A DNA stretch of 64,000 nucleotides, taken from positions 857 through 64,856 of the forward strand of contig JACPAY010000001.1 of assembly GCA_016180575.1 (NCBI GenBank), read 5' to 3'. The position numbers and the translations under genes are program-made. Of this stretch, positions 49,545 through 58,500 are shown piece by piece; positions within the stretch are counted from its first letter, which is position 1, and each line of letters opens with the position of its first letter. Source of the stretch: Candidatus Omnitrophota bacterium. Lineage in GTDB: Bacteria; Omnitrophota; Gorgyraeia; Aquiviventales; Aquiviventaceae. The notes under the pieces were generated by a model. That model was given only the letters and a program-made list of their open reading frames with translations. It did no database searches and had not been told where the DNA came from.

Positions 49545-50501
49545 ACGGGTGCCGTCTGCCTGCTGATCGCCGCCAGCGGCTGCGCGTCGCTGCCGATGCG
49601 CGGCCAGACCCCAGCGCCCCTGCCGCTGCCGCCCGAGGTGTCGGCGTACTACGAGTACCCGCGCCGCGCGCACGGGACGACGGTCCTCCTCCTTGGCGAG
49701 CGGCCAGGCCTTCGCGAGTTCCTGGTGCGGTTCCCGCTGGCGGCGGAGGAGGGTATCGCGCTCACCGAGCCGGTGGTCGAAGTCGAGTGGTTCGAGGCGA
49801 CGGCGACTGGCCGGCGGGCCGCCATCCTCTTCAACCCCATCCTCGGGGGCGACTATCCGCTCGAGCGCGGCATCTGCCGCTTCCTTGCCGCCCACGGCTT
49901 CCACGTCGCGCTGGTGCACCGCAAGACGCTCAAGCTCTCGCCGGAGCACCCCGTGGCCCACATCGAGGTCCTGCTCCGCCAGGGGGTGCTGCGCATCCGG
50001 CAGGTGGTTGACTGGATGAGCACGCACGAGCGGGTCGATCCGGAGCGGCTGGGCAGCTTCGGCATCAGCATGGGGGGCATCGCGAGCGTCGTGGCCGCCG
50101 CCGTGGAGCCGCGCCTGCGCGCGCATGTGGTCGCCCTCGCCGGCGGCAGCGTCCCGGACATCCTCGTCGCGTCGCCCGACCGGCTGCTGGCTCAACCCCG
50201 CGCGCAGTACCTCGCGCGCAACCACCTGGACCTGGCGGCGCTGGAGGCGCGGCTGCGGCAGGAAGTGCGCACGGACCCGCTGCGCCTGGCCCCGTACGTG
50301 GATGCCGGGGACCTGTTCATGATCATCGCGGTCTTCGACCGCACCATCGGGCGGGAACGCGCCCTGCGGCTCTGGCGGGCGCTCGGACGGCCCCGCGTGA
50401 CGCTCCTCCCCCTCGGCCACTACACCGCTTACCTCGCGCTTCCCTACGTGAAGGCCGCCAGCCTCCGCTTCTTCCGCGAGCGCCTCGCCCCGCAAGCTTG
50501 A
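49470..50501 (+). CDS. alpha/beta hydrolase lipoprotein
   Basis: The frame of track ORF 49161..50501 was trimmed to the ATG at 49470, inside the R3 hairpin. MAGRGQPAGWRRGTAGWRRGRTRGQTGAVCLLIAASGC is a signal peptide with a lipobox, and GISMGG is the nucleophile elbow. No other canonical start precedes the lipobox. Confidence 0.6.
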   Translation: MAGRGQPAGWRRGTAGWRRGRTRGQTGAVCLLIAASGCASLPMRGQTPAPLPLPPEVSAYYEYPRRAHGTTVLLLGERPGLREFLVRFPLAAEEGIALTEPVVEVEWFEATATGRRAAILFNPILGGDYPLERGICRFLAAHGFHVALVHRKTLKLSPEHPVAHIEVLLRQGVLRIRQVVDWMSTHERVDPERLGSFGISMGGIASVVAAAVEPRLRAHVVALAGGSVPDILVASPDRLLAQPRAQYLARNHLDLAALEARLRQEVRTDPLRLAPYVDAGDLFMIIAVFDRTIGRERALRLWRALGRPRVTLLPLGHYTAYLALPYVKAASLRFFRERLAPQA

Positions 50502-50527
50502 AGCGGACGAGGCTCCTCCTCTATAAT
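50498..50527 (+). promoter_or_regulatory. candidate promoter of ispH (leaderless geometry)
   Basis: TTGAAG-18 nt-TATAAT, with the -10 ending 6 nt before the ATG at 50534. Confidence 0.45.
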
Positions 50528-50533
50528 GATCCC

Positions 50534-51466
50534 ATGCCACTTGAGCGGGTCATCCTGTCCAAGCCCCGCGGGTTCTGCGCCGGGGTCGAGCGGGCGATCG
50601 AGGTCGTCGAGCAGGCGCTGGAGCGCTTCCCGGGACCGGTCTACGTCCGCAAGGAGATCGTCCACAACCGCCACGTCGTCAACGCGCTGCGCGAGAAGGG
50701 CGCGGTCTTCGTCGAGGAGCTGACCGACGTGCCGGAGGGCGCGACGGCCATCTTTAGCGCCCACGGCGTCTCCCCGGCGGTCCACGCCGCGGCCAAGGCG
50801 CGCCGCCTCAACGTGGTGGACGCCACCTGCCCCCTCGTGACCAAGGTCCACGTCGAGGCGGCGCGGTTCGCGCGGGAGGGCTATACCCTCCTCCTCATCG
50901 GCCACCAGGGCCATGAGGAGGTCGAGGGGACCATGGGGGAGGCGCCGGAACACATCCGCCTGATCCAGACCGTCGAGGACGCGCGCGCCGTCTCGGTGCC
51001 GGACCCCGACAAGGTCGCCGTCATCACGCAGACCACGCTGAGCGTCGATGACACCCGCGCCATCATCGAGGCGCTGAAGGCCCGCTTCCCGAAGCTCGTG
51101 GCGCCGCGCAAGGACGACATCTGCTACGCCACGCAGAACCGGCAGAACGCCGTCAAGGCGATCGCCCGGGAGGTCGAGGTGGTCCTCGTCATCGGCGCTG
51201 CGAACAGCTCCAACTCCATCCGGCTCACCGAGGTCGCCGAGGACGCGGGCCGGCGGGCCTACCTCATCAACGACGCGAGCGAGATCTCCCCCGCCTGGTT
51301 CGACGGGGTGCGCTGCGTCGGGGTGACCTCCGGCGCCTCGGCGCCCGAGCACCTGGTCCAGGAGGTCGTGGACGCGCTCCGGCGCCTCGGGGCCACGCAG
51401 GTGGAGGAGTGGGAGCTCGTGCGCGAAGACGTCAGCTTCGGCCTCCCCGCCGAACTCGTCCAGTAA
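50534..51466 (+). CDS. ispH: 4-hydroxy-3-methylbut-2-enyl diphosphate reductase
   Basis: [22 protein letters not shown]...VHNRHVV...SAHGVSP...[11 protein letters not shown]...ICYATQNRQ. The ATG at 50534 is preferred over the TTG at 50498. Confidence 0.9.
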   Translation: MPLERVILSKPRGFCAGVERAIEVVEQALERFPGPVYVRKEIVHNRHVVNALREKGAVFVEELTDVPEGATAIFSAHGVSPAVHAAAKARRLNVVDATCPLVTKVHVEAARFAREGYTLLLIGHQGHEEVEGTMGEAPEHIRLIQTVEDARAVSVPDPDKVAVITQTTLSVDDTRAIIEALKARFPKLVAPRKDDICYATQNRQNAVKAIAREVEVVLVIGAANSSNSIRLTEVAEDAGRRAYLINDASEISPAWFDGVRCVGVTSGASAPEHLVQEVVDALRRLGATQVEEWELVREDVSFGLPAELVQ

Positions 51467-51489
51467 CACGCGCCAGGCGCGTTGTCCGC

Positions 51490-51903
51490 ATGCGGCATCT
51501 GACCGAGTACCTCTGGTTCAACCTCCCCAAGCGCCAGGACCTGGTCAACATCACGGACACCCTCGAAGGACTCGTGAAGAAAAGCGGGGTCAAGGAAGGG
51601 CTCTGCCTCGTGTCGGCGATGCACATCACGGCGAGCATCTGGGTCAACGACGACGAGGAGGGGCTGTGGGAGGACTTCTGGGAGTGGCTTGAGCGGCTCG
51701 CCCCCTCAGGGAAAGACTACAAGCACCACCTGACGGGCGAGGATAACGGGGACGCGCACCTGAAGCGCACGCTCGTCGGCCACCAGGCGCTGCTGCCCAT
51801 CACGAAGGGCAAGCTGGACCTCGGCCCGTGGGAGCAGGTGTTCTACGCGGAGTTCGACGGCCGGCGCAAGAAGCGGGTCGTCGTGAAGATCATCGGCGAG
51901 TAG
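51490..51903 (+). CDS. YjbQ/UPF0047 family protein (secondary thiamine-phosphate synthase-like)
   Basis: The track ORF was trimmed to the ATG at 51490. The protein is 137 aa. ...[20 protein letters not shown]...[10 protein letters not shown]......[19 protein letters not shown]. Confidence 0.8.
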   Translation: MRHLTEYLWFNLPKRQDLVNITDTLEGLVKKSGVKEGLCLVSAMHITASIWVNDDEEGLWEDFWEWLERLAPSGKDYKHHLTGEDNGDAHLKRTLVGHQALLPITKGKLDLGPWEQVFYAEFDGRRKKRVVVKIIGE

Positions 51904-51925
51904 TGCTGGAGAAAGAACGTGTGCG

Positions 51926-51986
51926 GTCACAAGGTCACAGGGTCACCATGTCACACGTGTGACGTTGTGACGTGTGACTTTGTGAC
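51926..51986. terminator. 30-bp-arm imperfect hairpin built from GTCAC/GTGAC words, between convergent genes
   Basis: GTCACAAGGTCACAGGGTCACCATGTCACAC|GTGTGACGTTGTGACGTGTGACTTTGTGAC. Confidence 0.5.
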
Positions 51987-51990
51987 TCCG

Positions 51991-53208
51991 TTAGTCGGGG
52001 GACACGAAGAGTTCCTCAACGTTCAGATGATAGTACGTTGTCTGCGCGGCGGGGGTGGTACCGTTCGCGTTGGCGATCCACGCCTTCGGCCAGGCGAAGA
52101 CCACGCTCTGGATGTTGGAGCTCGGCGCGACCGCCTGCGCAATTTCCCTGGCAGCCGCGGCGTCCAGCGCGCCGAACCGCGCATGGAGGCCCGCCGCTTG
52201 GCCCAGGTAGCGCACCTCGTAGGCGGAGCCTGACGGGGCCTCAAGCCCGGCTCGTCGCGGATCGCCCCCTGAGGCGGTCTGGCGCTCGCGGATGTCCGGG
52301 TCCATCGCGGTGTCGGCGCGGAACACCGCGTCCGCCATCGGCCGCGCGTAGGCCACCCCGCGCTCCCCCGGGTCATCCGCCTCGAACACCCGGACATGGC
52401 GGCGCGTCGTCTCGATGGCGACCGCGCGCTTCGCCCGCGCATCCGCCACGACGTAGTTGACCCCCACCGTCCGGCGCGCCTGCCGGATCAGCGAGGCGGC
52501 CTCATCCACGGTGCCCGCTTCCTCGAGGACGCGCCGCATCACGAAGACCATCGGCTCCCCGCGAAAGGTCGCATCCACGGTCTCGGCCCCGATCTGGCCG
52601 ATGGAGAGCCCCGCGTCGTTCGCGCCGGTGAGGACGCCGATGAACCCCGCCCACCCCACGTTCACAAAGGCCCGCTTGCCGCTCGGCCGCACCACGAACA
52701 CGACCGGGAACCGCTGGATCCCCGCCCCGATGTTCCAGTCGAGATTGCGGACGTGGATGAGCCGTCCGCCGGCGGTCGCGCGGCCCCACGCGGCGAAGTT
52801 GGAGCAGGAATAGGTGCGGTCCGGGATGGCGTGGAGCCTGAACAGCTCGCGGAGCGGCACCCCGGAGCCGTCGGCAAGCCCCCGAAGCTCCTCCAGGGCA
52901 TCGGCCGGCACAAAAGGAACGGCCTGGGCCCACGCGCGGTCCAGCCACCAGTTCACCGCCAGCCCGCCCGCCCAGGGGACCTTGAGGTAGCCGCGGAAGA
53001 AGCCCAGCACTTGAGCCACGGACGCGCGGACCTCCTCGCGCAGCGCGTCCCCGTGCTGGCGGCCCAGCTCGTACGGCGTGCCTGAGAGCTCCACAATCCG
53101 TAACCCGTCGTCAGAAGCAACTGCGGCACAGGGCTGAGACAAGAGACAGGAGACGAGAGACAGGAGCAGGCCAGGAATCAGGAGCGATGCACGCACGCCG
53201 TTCGTCAT
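51991..53208 (-). CDS. C45 family peptidase / acyl-CoA:6-APA acyltransferase-like Ntn hydrolase
   Basis: 405 aa. It has a signal peptide, the candidate nucleophile in ...TYSCSNFAAWG..., and ...HVRNLDW...GWAGFIGVLTG.N..GLS.... Confidence 0.75.
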   Translation of the reverse strand: MTNGVRASLLIPGLLLSLVSCLLSQPCAAVASDDGLRIVELSGTPYELGRQHGDALREEVRASVAQVLGFFRGYLKVPWAGGLAVNWWLDRAWAQAVPFVPADALEELRGLADGSGVPLRELFRLHAIPDRTYSCSNFAAWGRATAGGRLIHVRNLDWNIGAGIQRFPVVFVVRPSGKRAFVNVGWAGFIGVLTGANDAGLSIGQIGAETVDATFRGEPMVFVMRRVLEEAGTVDEAASLIRQARRTVGVNYVVADARAKRAVAIETTRRHVRVFEADDPGERGVAYARPMADAVFRADTAMDPDIRERQTASGGDPRRAGLEAPSGSAYEVRYLGQAAGLHARFGALDAAAAREIAQAVAPSSNIQSVVFAWPKAWIANANGTTPAAQTTYYHLNVEELFVSPD

Positions 53209-53253
53209 CTGCTCCGTGACCTGTCCCCTGTCTCCTGTCCCCTGTCTCCTCTC
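53136..53253. repeat. inverted low-complexity GAGACAG / CTGTCTC arms straddling a gene junction
   Basis: The left arm 53136-53166 (GAGACAAGAGACAGGAGACGAGAGACAGGAG) encodes part of the C45 signal peptide. The right arm 53221-53253 (CTGTCCCCTGTCTCCTGTCCCCTGTCTCCTCTC) encodes the ceramidase-like C-terminal tail RGDRGQETGDR. Confidence 0.6.
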
Positions 53254-54509
53254 ACGAGTTGATCAAGCATATCCTTCAGATGATTCACGAGGAGCTCGCC
53301 TGCCCGGGGGCCGTTGAACGCCATGGACGATTCGTACTGTTTCGCGCGGTAGAGCGCTTCGGGCACGCAGTAGCCGATGTAGTCGCTGGCAAACCCGATG
53401 AGCAGGGGGCGCAGCCCACGGTCCTGCGCGGCGCGCTTGAGCCGCATCCCCAGCTCGGCGCTGAGGTCGCACGGCGCCCCGAGGAACGCGACCTCGCCGG
53501 CCGTCACGACGGAGAGCGTCGCATCGTCATCGACGAGCCGCTGGCCGATCCCGCGCGGCAGCGTCAGCCGCCCGAGGCGGACCTCGGCGGGAGGCAAGGG
53601 CGCACGCACCTGCGCCGCTCCAAGGCCCCCCGGCGGCGTTGGGCGCGACGCGCCGAGGAGGTCGGCGGCGTGCCGGGCAAGCGCCAATCCGATCCGCTCC
53701 GCCCGCTCGAATCCATCGCCGGACTTCACCGGTCCCTGATCGGCGACCGCGCCCGCAAAGAACAAGGCCGTCGCGCCTGGGAGCCGCTCCTCCAGTTCCC
53801 GCACGGCGACACCGGGGTAGTCCGCGGAGAGTTGCCGGTTCCAGGCGCCCAGGGTGGTGGGATGCGCCGCGAAGCTGAGAAGGACAGCGAACGGTTCGCG
53901 CTGGCCGGGCCGGTAGCAGGCGACCACGGCGAGCTCCGGGTCCACCGGTCCGTTCGCCTCCACCCGGTTCTGCACAAGGCCATCGGTCTGCGCGGTCCCG
54001 TACGCGAGCTCGACGGGCGCAAGCGCCGTCTTGGCGCGGCCCACGGCGCGGACAACGGTCTGCACGAGCATCGTGAAGACCTGCGGGTCGAAGTGGCCCA
54101 TGGAGAGCTTCTCGAAGAACCGCTGCCCGTAGCCCCCCGGACCCGAGTGCGTGTGCGTCGCGGCCAGCATGAGGACGAGGTCCTGCGGCAGGCCGGCGTC
54201 CAAGAGGCCTCGATGGACGGCGTCAAAGAGCCGCTCATCGACGATGAGCAGATCACAGCTGACGAGCACCGCCGTCGTGTCTCCGTCCCGGAAGACCAAC
54301 GCCCGGACGCCGACCGGATCATGGACGCCGGTGGAGGGCTTCCCTTTCCGCCGGCTGTAGCCGGCAAGCGGAACTCCGGCGGGGAGGCTGAAAGGCTCAT
54401 AGGCGGCGCCGGCCAGCACCTCATCCGCCGCCCCCTCGTTTGGCTCGGCCCACGCGATGACGCCGAGCAGACAGCCGCAGAGCAGGAGTACAAGCGGTGG
54501 CCGCATCAA
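53205..54509 (-). CDS. neutral/alkaline ceramidase-like hydrolase (N-terminal domain family)
   Basis: 434 aa. It has a signal peptide. ...AGYSRRKGKPSTGVHDPVGVRALVF...VSCDLL...LAATHTHSGPGGY.... Confidence 0.7.
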   Translation of the reverse strand: MMRPPLVLLLCGCLLGVIAWAEPNEGAADEVLAGAAYEPFSLPAGVPLAGYSRRKGKPSTGVHDPVGVRALVFRDGDTTAVLVSCDLLIVDERLFDAVHRGLLDAGLPQDLVLMLAATHTHSGPGGYGQRFFEKLSMGHFDPQVFTMLVQTVVRAVGRAKTALAPVELAYGTAQTDGLVQNRVEANGPVDPELAVVACYRPGQREPFAVLLSFAAHPTTLGAWNRQLSADYPGVAVRELEERLPGATALFFAGAVADQGPVKSGDGFERAERIGLALARHAADLLGASRPTPPGGLGAAQVRAPLPPAEVRLGRLTLPRGIGQRLVDDDATLSVVTAGEVAFLGAPCDLSAELGMRLKRAAQDRGLRPLLIGFASDYIGYCVPEALYRAKQYESSMAFNGPRAGELLVNHLKDMLDQLVRGDRGQETGDRSRSR

Positions 54510-55979
54510 CTAGCGGGTCTGCTCCTGCGCGAGCAGCTCCCGCGCGAGCCCCAGCGCCTCATCCGCGCTGCGAATGCGCCCCTCGGCCTGGGCCTCCTCG
54601 ATCGCCCCGAGCAGCGCGCCGATGCGCGGGCCCGGCGAGAGGCGGAAGGCCTGCATCAGCTGGTGGCCGGTCACCAGGCGCGGCGGTTTCACGACCTCCT
54701 CCGCCCGGAAGAAGTAGGCGTGCAGCAATTCCTCCAGCCGGCTGCGCTGCAGGTCGATCTGATCGACCCGGGATTTGGACCCGCGCGTCGCCAGCCGGTC
54801 GGCCCACCAGGTGAGCAGGCAGGCGGGGCCGTGCTCCCCCAGCTCCTTGAAGAATCGGTAGGTCGCGCGGCGCGTGAGCTGCGGCTCGCGGCTCAGGAAT
54901 CCGGGGCGCAGGTGGTGGAGCACCACCTGGCACACGAGATCCGCCTCGCGGTTGGACAGGCGCAGCCGCTTGACGATGTCCACCGCCAGCGCCGCACCGG
55001 TCTGCTCATGGCCGCGGAACCAGATCTCCCCGTCCGGCTCCACCGTGCGGCGGGCGGGCTTGCCGACGTCGTGCAGCAGCCCGGCCAGCTTGATCAGCCC
55101 CTTGCGCGAGCGATGCTCCACCAGCTCCTCGGCGCAGTAGCGGCTCATCGGCTCGCGCAGCGGCGGCGAGAACTCCTCGAACGCCGCGAGGAACCGGTCC
55201 GCCTGCGCGACGGTCTCCAGCTGGTGCCCGAGGACGTCCAGGTGATGGAACGACCCCTGGTCCAGCCCGCGGCCGGGCGCCAGCTCCGGAAACAGGACAT
55301 CGAGCGCCCCGAGCGCGTTCAGCGCGCGGATGGCGGAGGCGGCGCGGTCGGTCTCGAAGATGGCAAGGCACTCGTCCCGCACCCGCTCGCCGGAGACGCG
55401 CGCCAACTGCGGCAGGGCGCCGGCCATCAGCGGGGCCGCGGCGGGATCCAGGGTGAAGTCGAGCTCCGCGACGAACCGGAACGCCCGCAGGATGCGCAGT
55501 GGATCCTCCGCAAACGTCCCGGGGAAACAGGGGATGAGGCGCCGCGCGGCGAGCGCCTCGCGGCCGCCGAGCGGGTCGATGAGCGGCGGCGCCTGCGGCG
55601 TCCGCAGCCACTCGTCCAGCCGCGCGGCCATCGCGTTGATCGTGAAGTCCCTCCGGCGCAGGTCCGCGTCGAGCGTCGGGCCGCGGAACGCGCTCACATC
55701 CAGCTCGATGCGCGCGCCCTCGGCCGTCACGACGATCCGCGCCGTGCCCCACGCCTCATCGAGCGGCACGAACGCCGCGCCAAGCTGCGCGGCCAGCGCG
55801 CGCGAGGCCTCGAGCGATTCCGACGGCACCGCCAGGTCCACGTTCAGGCCGCGCCGCGTGCGCGAGAGGCACTGGTCGCGCAGCAATCCGCCGACGAGAT
55901 ACCACGGCGCGCCCCGCGACCGCGCGAATGCCTCCACGCGGGTCAGCGTCGCGATGAGCGCCGGCGGGATATCAGGCAT
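54510..55979 (-). CDS. cca: CCA-adding tRNA nucleotidyltransferase with HD domain
   Basis: 489 aa. YLVGGLLRD...NVDLAV...RRDFTINAMA...DPLRILRAFRF..., with HD region HHLDVLGH...LLHDVGKP. Confidence 0.85.
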   Translation of the reverse strand: MPDIPPALIATLTRVEAFARSRGAPWYLVGGLLRDQCLSRTRRGLNVDLAVPSESLEASRALAAQLGAAFVPLDEAWGTARIVVTAEGARIELDVSAFRGPTLDADLRRRDFTINAMAARLDEWLRTPQAPPLIDPLGGREALAARRLIPCFPGTFAEDPLRILRAFRFVAELDFTLDPAAAPLMAGALPQLARVSGERVRDECLAIFETDRAASAIRALNALGALDVLFPELAPGRGLDQGSFHHLDVLGHQLETVAQADRFLAAFEEFSPPLREPMSRYCAEELVEHRSRKGLIKLAGLLHDVGKPARRTVEPDGEIWFRGHEQTGAALAVDIVKRLRLSNREADLVCQVVLHHLRPGFLSREPQLTRRATYRFFKELGEHGPACLLTWWADRLATRGSKSRVDQIDLQRSRLEELLHAYFFRAEEVVKPPRLVTGHQLMQAFRLSPGPRIGALLGAIEEAQAEGRIRSADEALGLARELLAQEQTR

Positions 55980-56036
55980 GCGAAGAACCGCTTGACATTC
56001 GAAGCGCGTCTGTCACAATAGGATTAATCATTCAGC

Positions 56037-56489
56037 GTGCGACCGTCATCATTCATGCCGCGACGTTCCAAATCCGTTGAACTCCTCGAGTTCGAAATCT
56101 CCTTCTACGAGAAGCTCCTCCAGGCCTACCCCGACTTCGTCGACGTCCTCATCCCGCTGGGCGGCGCCTACACGCGGCGCGGCCTCCATGAGAAGGGGCT
56201 GGCCGTCGACCTCAAGCTGACGCGGCTGCGCGGGGACGACCCGCTGACGTGGTACAACCTCGCCTGCAGCTACTCCCTGCTGAAGCGGGTGGAGGACGCG
56301 ATGAGCGCGCTGCGGCGGTCGTTCGAGCTCGGCTACACGGACGTGCGCCACCTGCAGCAGGATCCGGACCTGGTGAACCTGCGCCACTCCCAGCAGTACC
56401 GCCAGTTCCTCGAATCGTTTGCCTCGACCGCCGCGGCCAAAGCGCCGCAGGCCCAGCCCGGCGCCGGCCCGGTTCCCCCCGCCGCCTAA
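56037..56489 (+). CDS. TPR-repeat protein
   Basis: 150 aa. TPR-like units (PLGGAYTRRGLHEKGLAV..., TWYNLACSYSLLKRVEDAMSAL...). The start may be the ATG at 56055. Confidence 0.55.
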   Translation: MRPSSFMPRRSKSVELLEFEISFYEKLLQAYPDFVDVLIPLGGAYTRRGLHEKGLAVDLKLTRLRGDDPLTWYNLACSYSLLKRVEDAMSALRRSFELGYTDVRHLQQDPDLVNLRHSQQYRQFLESFASTAAAKAPQAQPGAGPVPPAA

Positions 56490-57028
56490 TCCGCCTTCCA
56501 TAAGCCGCGCCGGTCCCGGCGCGCCGCCTCGGCCAGCCCGCGGAACAGCTCCGCATGCCGCACGTTGGGCGGGATGGTCAGCGGCTGCGCGAGGCCCGCC
56601 CGCAGGAGTTCGGCGTTCGCCATCGCCTCGCGCTCGCCATCCGGCGAGACGTAGACATAGGCGAGGAGCCGGCCGAACCGGTCGTGCGTCTGGACATCGA
56701 ACTCCAACCGCACGGGCCTGCCTTCCACGAGGCGCCGGTTGAACTCCGTCGCCTCGCGCCCCATCGGCTCGGGGTCCTCGACCCACCCCCCGCCCTTCCG
56801 CCGGCGCACCTCCGGCGTATCGATCCCGATGTACCGCACGAGCCGCCCGTCGGCCAGCTCCACCGTGTCCCCGTCCACAACCCGCCGGACGCTGGAACGC
56901 TCGGGCAGCGACACGCCGCAGCTCGCCGCGGCGAGGACAAGGGCGCTCAGCAGAGATGAGAGATGAAGACGGCGGACCACGAAAAGCAGGAGGCTACTTC
57001 CTGAGCGGCTTGCCGACCTTGGCCTCAA
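56486..57028 (-). CDS. thermonuclease (staphylococcal nuclease homolog) lipoprotein
   Basis: 180 aa. It has the lipobox LAAASC and VVDGDTVEL.....VRYIGIDTPE...GREA...RFGRLLAYVY. The start is uncertain. Confidence 0.8.
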   Translation of the reverse strand: MRPRSASRSGSSLLLFVVRRLHLSSLLSALVLAAASCGVSLPERSSVRRVVDGDTVELADGRLVRYIGIDTPEVRRRKGGGWVEDPEPMGREATEFNRRLVEGRPVRLEFDVQTHDRFGRLLAYVYVSPDGEREAMANAELLRAGLAQPLTIPPNVRHAELFRGLAEAARRDRRGLWKAD

Positions 57029-57308
57029 GCGACTGGACCTTCTGGGTGATGCGGCCGGTCCCGGGCTTGTCCTTGCGGTCGTCGATGCGGATCGTCGTCA
57101 TGACCCGGCTGCAGGACGCCAGCATCGCCTGGTGGCATTGCTTCGCGAGCGTCATGAGGCGGTCCCAGTCCCCTTCCACCACCGTGCCCATGGGCCCGAC
57201 GCGGTAGTCCAGGCCGCTCTTGTCGATGAGCTTGGCGACCTCGGCCAGCTGCGCGCTGATGCTGGCGTGCTGGGTGCCGATCGGAATGATCTCAAGCTCC
57301 GCGAGCAT
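56994..57308 (-). CDS. MTH1187/YkoF family (UPF0045) thiamine-binding-like protein
   Basis: 104 aa. ELEIIPIGT...SISAQLAEVAKLIDKSGLDYRVGPMGTVVEGDWD.... Confidence 0.7.
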   Translation of the reverse strand: MLAELEIIPIGTQHASISAQLAEVAKLIDKSGLDYRVGPMGTVVEGDWDRLMTLAKQCHQAMLASCSRVMTTIRIDDRKDKPGTGRITQKVQSLEAKVGKPLRK

Positions 57309-57338
57309 TGCTGCCTCCTGCAGGATATCTTAGCTTAC

Positions 57339-57405
57339 AAAATCGGGGACAGCCACTAATTTCCCCCCTGGGCACTCAAGGAAATTAGTGGCTGTCCCCG
57401 ATTTT
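57339..57405. repeat. perfect 26-bp-arm hairpin
   Basis: AAAATCGGGGACAGCCACTAATTTCC, 15 nt, then GGAAATTAGTGGCTGTCCCCGATTTT. The right arm contains the last 6 codons and the stop of the upstream M48 gene (EKIGDSH*). Confidence 0.7.
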
Positions 57406-58500
57406 CTCGGCGGCCTGGACGCGCTCCATGATGGGGGGATGGTCATAGAACAGCCGCACGATCCAGCGCGGGGGGCTCGGGTCGGCGAGGTTCAGCGAGC
57501 CGAGCCGCCGCAGGGCCGCGGCATACGCGCGCGGATCCGTCATCGCGACGGCAAAATGGTCCGCCTCCCATTCAAAGACGCGCGACAGCCCGTTCTGCAG
57601 CGGCAGGCTGACCAGCCCCAGGACCGAGAGCCAGAGCAGGAGCACCGGCAGCCCCGCGATGTCGTCAAGCCCGCGCAGGCCGAGGGGGCTCATCCAACGC
57701 TGCCCGACGAGGTCGGTCAGCCAGAAGGCGAGCCACGAGCCGACCGCGGTGATGACGAGCAGCTTGGTGATGTGGTGGTAGCGATGGTGCGCCAGCTCGT
57801 GCGCCAGGACCCCCTCGATCTCCTCCGGTGGGAACTCCTCGATCAGCGTATCGGCGAGCAGGACACGCCTGGTCTTCCCGAGCCCGGCCAGCGCGGCGTT
57901 CGCCTTCCGGGTCTCGGCGCCGAGGTTGAACCGGAACACCCCCAGGGCGGTGAGGCCGATGCGCCGGCAGAGCGCGAGCAGCCGGCGGGCCAGCTCCTCA
58001 TCCTGCAGCGGGACCGTCTTGTAGAAGATCGGGAGGAGCACCGTCGGGAACACGCGGGCCATCACGACGCTGAATCCGACCCACGCCATCGCGGCCCACA
58101 GCGGCCAGCTGGCCGGGACGTGGCGCAGGAGCGCGTAGAGCGCCTCCAGCACCACCGCGCCCAAGACTGCGCTGACGCCGAGCGCTTTCACCTGCCGGAT
58201 CCCCCATGCCTTGAGCGTCATCCGGGAGAGCCCGAACCGATGCTCCAGGCGGAACGAGCCGTAGAAGTCCAGCGGCAGCATGACCAGGGCATAGGCCGTC
58301 CCGAACACCGCAAGAAAACCCAGGAGCCGCAGCGGCTCCGACGCGGCGCGGTCCGCCCACCACGCGGCGAGCTGCCGCGAGGCGCCGGACCACTGGAAGG
58401 CCGCCAGGAACGCCAGGGCCGCCGCCAGGTTGAGGAACAGGAGCCGATAGCGGATGCGCGCGTAGGCCCGCGCCGCCGCGTGGGTGTCGGTCGCTGTCAT
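57385..58500 (-). CDS. M48 family metalloprotease, polytopic (Ste24-like)
   Basis: 371 aa. It has TM helices, the zinc motif HELAHHRYHH, and a downstream EWEADHFA. Confidence 0.8.
   Translation of the reverse strand: MTATDTHAAARAYARIRYRLLFLNLAAALAFLAAFQWSGASRQLAAWWADRAASEPLRLLGFLAVFGTAYALVMLPLDFYGSFRLEHRFGLSRMTLKAWGIRQVKALGVSAVLGAVVLEALYALLRHVPASWPLWAAMAWVGFSVVMARVFPTVLLPIFYKTVPLQDEELARRLLALCRRIGLTALGVFRFNLGAETRKANAALAGLGKTRRVLLADTLIEEFPPEEIEGVLAHELAHHRYHHITKLLVITAVGSWLAFWLTDLVGQRWMSPLGLRGLDDIAGLPVLLLWLSVLGLVSLPLQNGLSRVFEWEADHFAVAMTDPRAYAAALRRLGSLNLADPSPPRWIVRLFYDHPPIMERVQAAEKIGDSH

Noticed and set aside
51919-52233. A 104-aa plus-strand ORF starting in the GTCAC/GTGAC hairpin.
   Set aside because: It begins inside a repeat and runs antisense to the C45 peptidase gene.
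53259-56021. A 920-aa ORF on the plus strand.
   Set aside because: It is antisense to the ceramidase-like gene and cca, both of which have clear family motifs. Its composition is Arg/Glu/Pro junk.
19539-58500. Three M48-family metalloprotease genes (19539, 39176 and 57385) in one window.
   Set aside because: They belong to different subfamilies (BepA-like lipoprotein, HtpX, Ste24-like) in unrelated contexts. This is ordinary paralogy, not a system.
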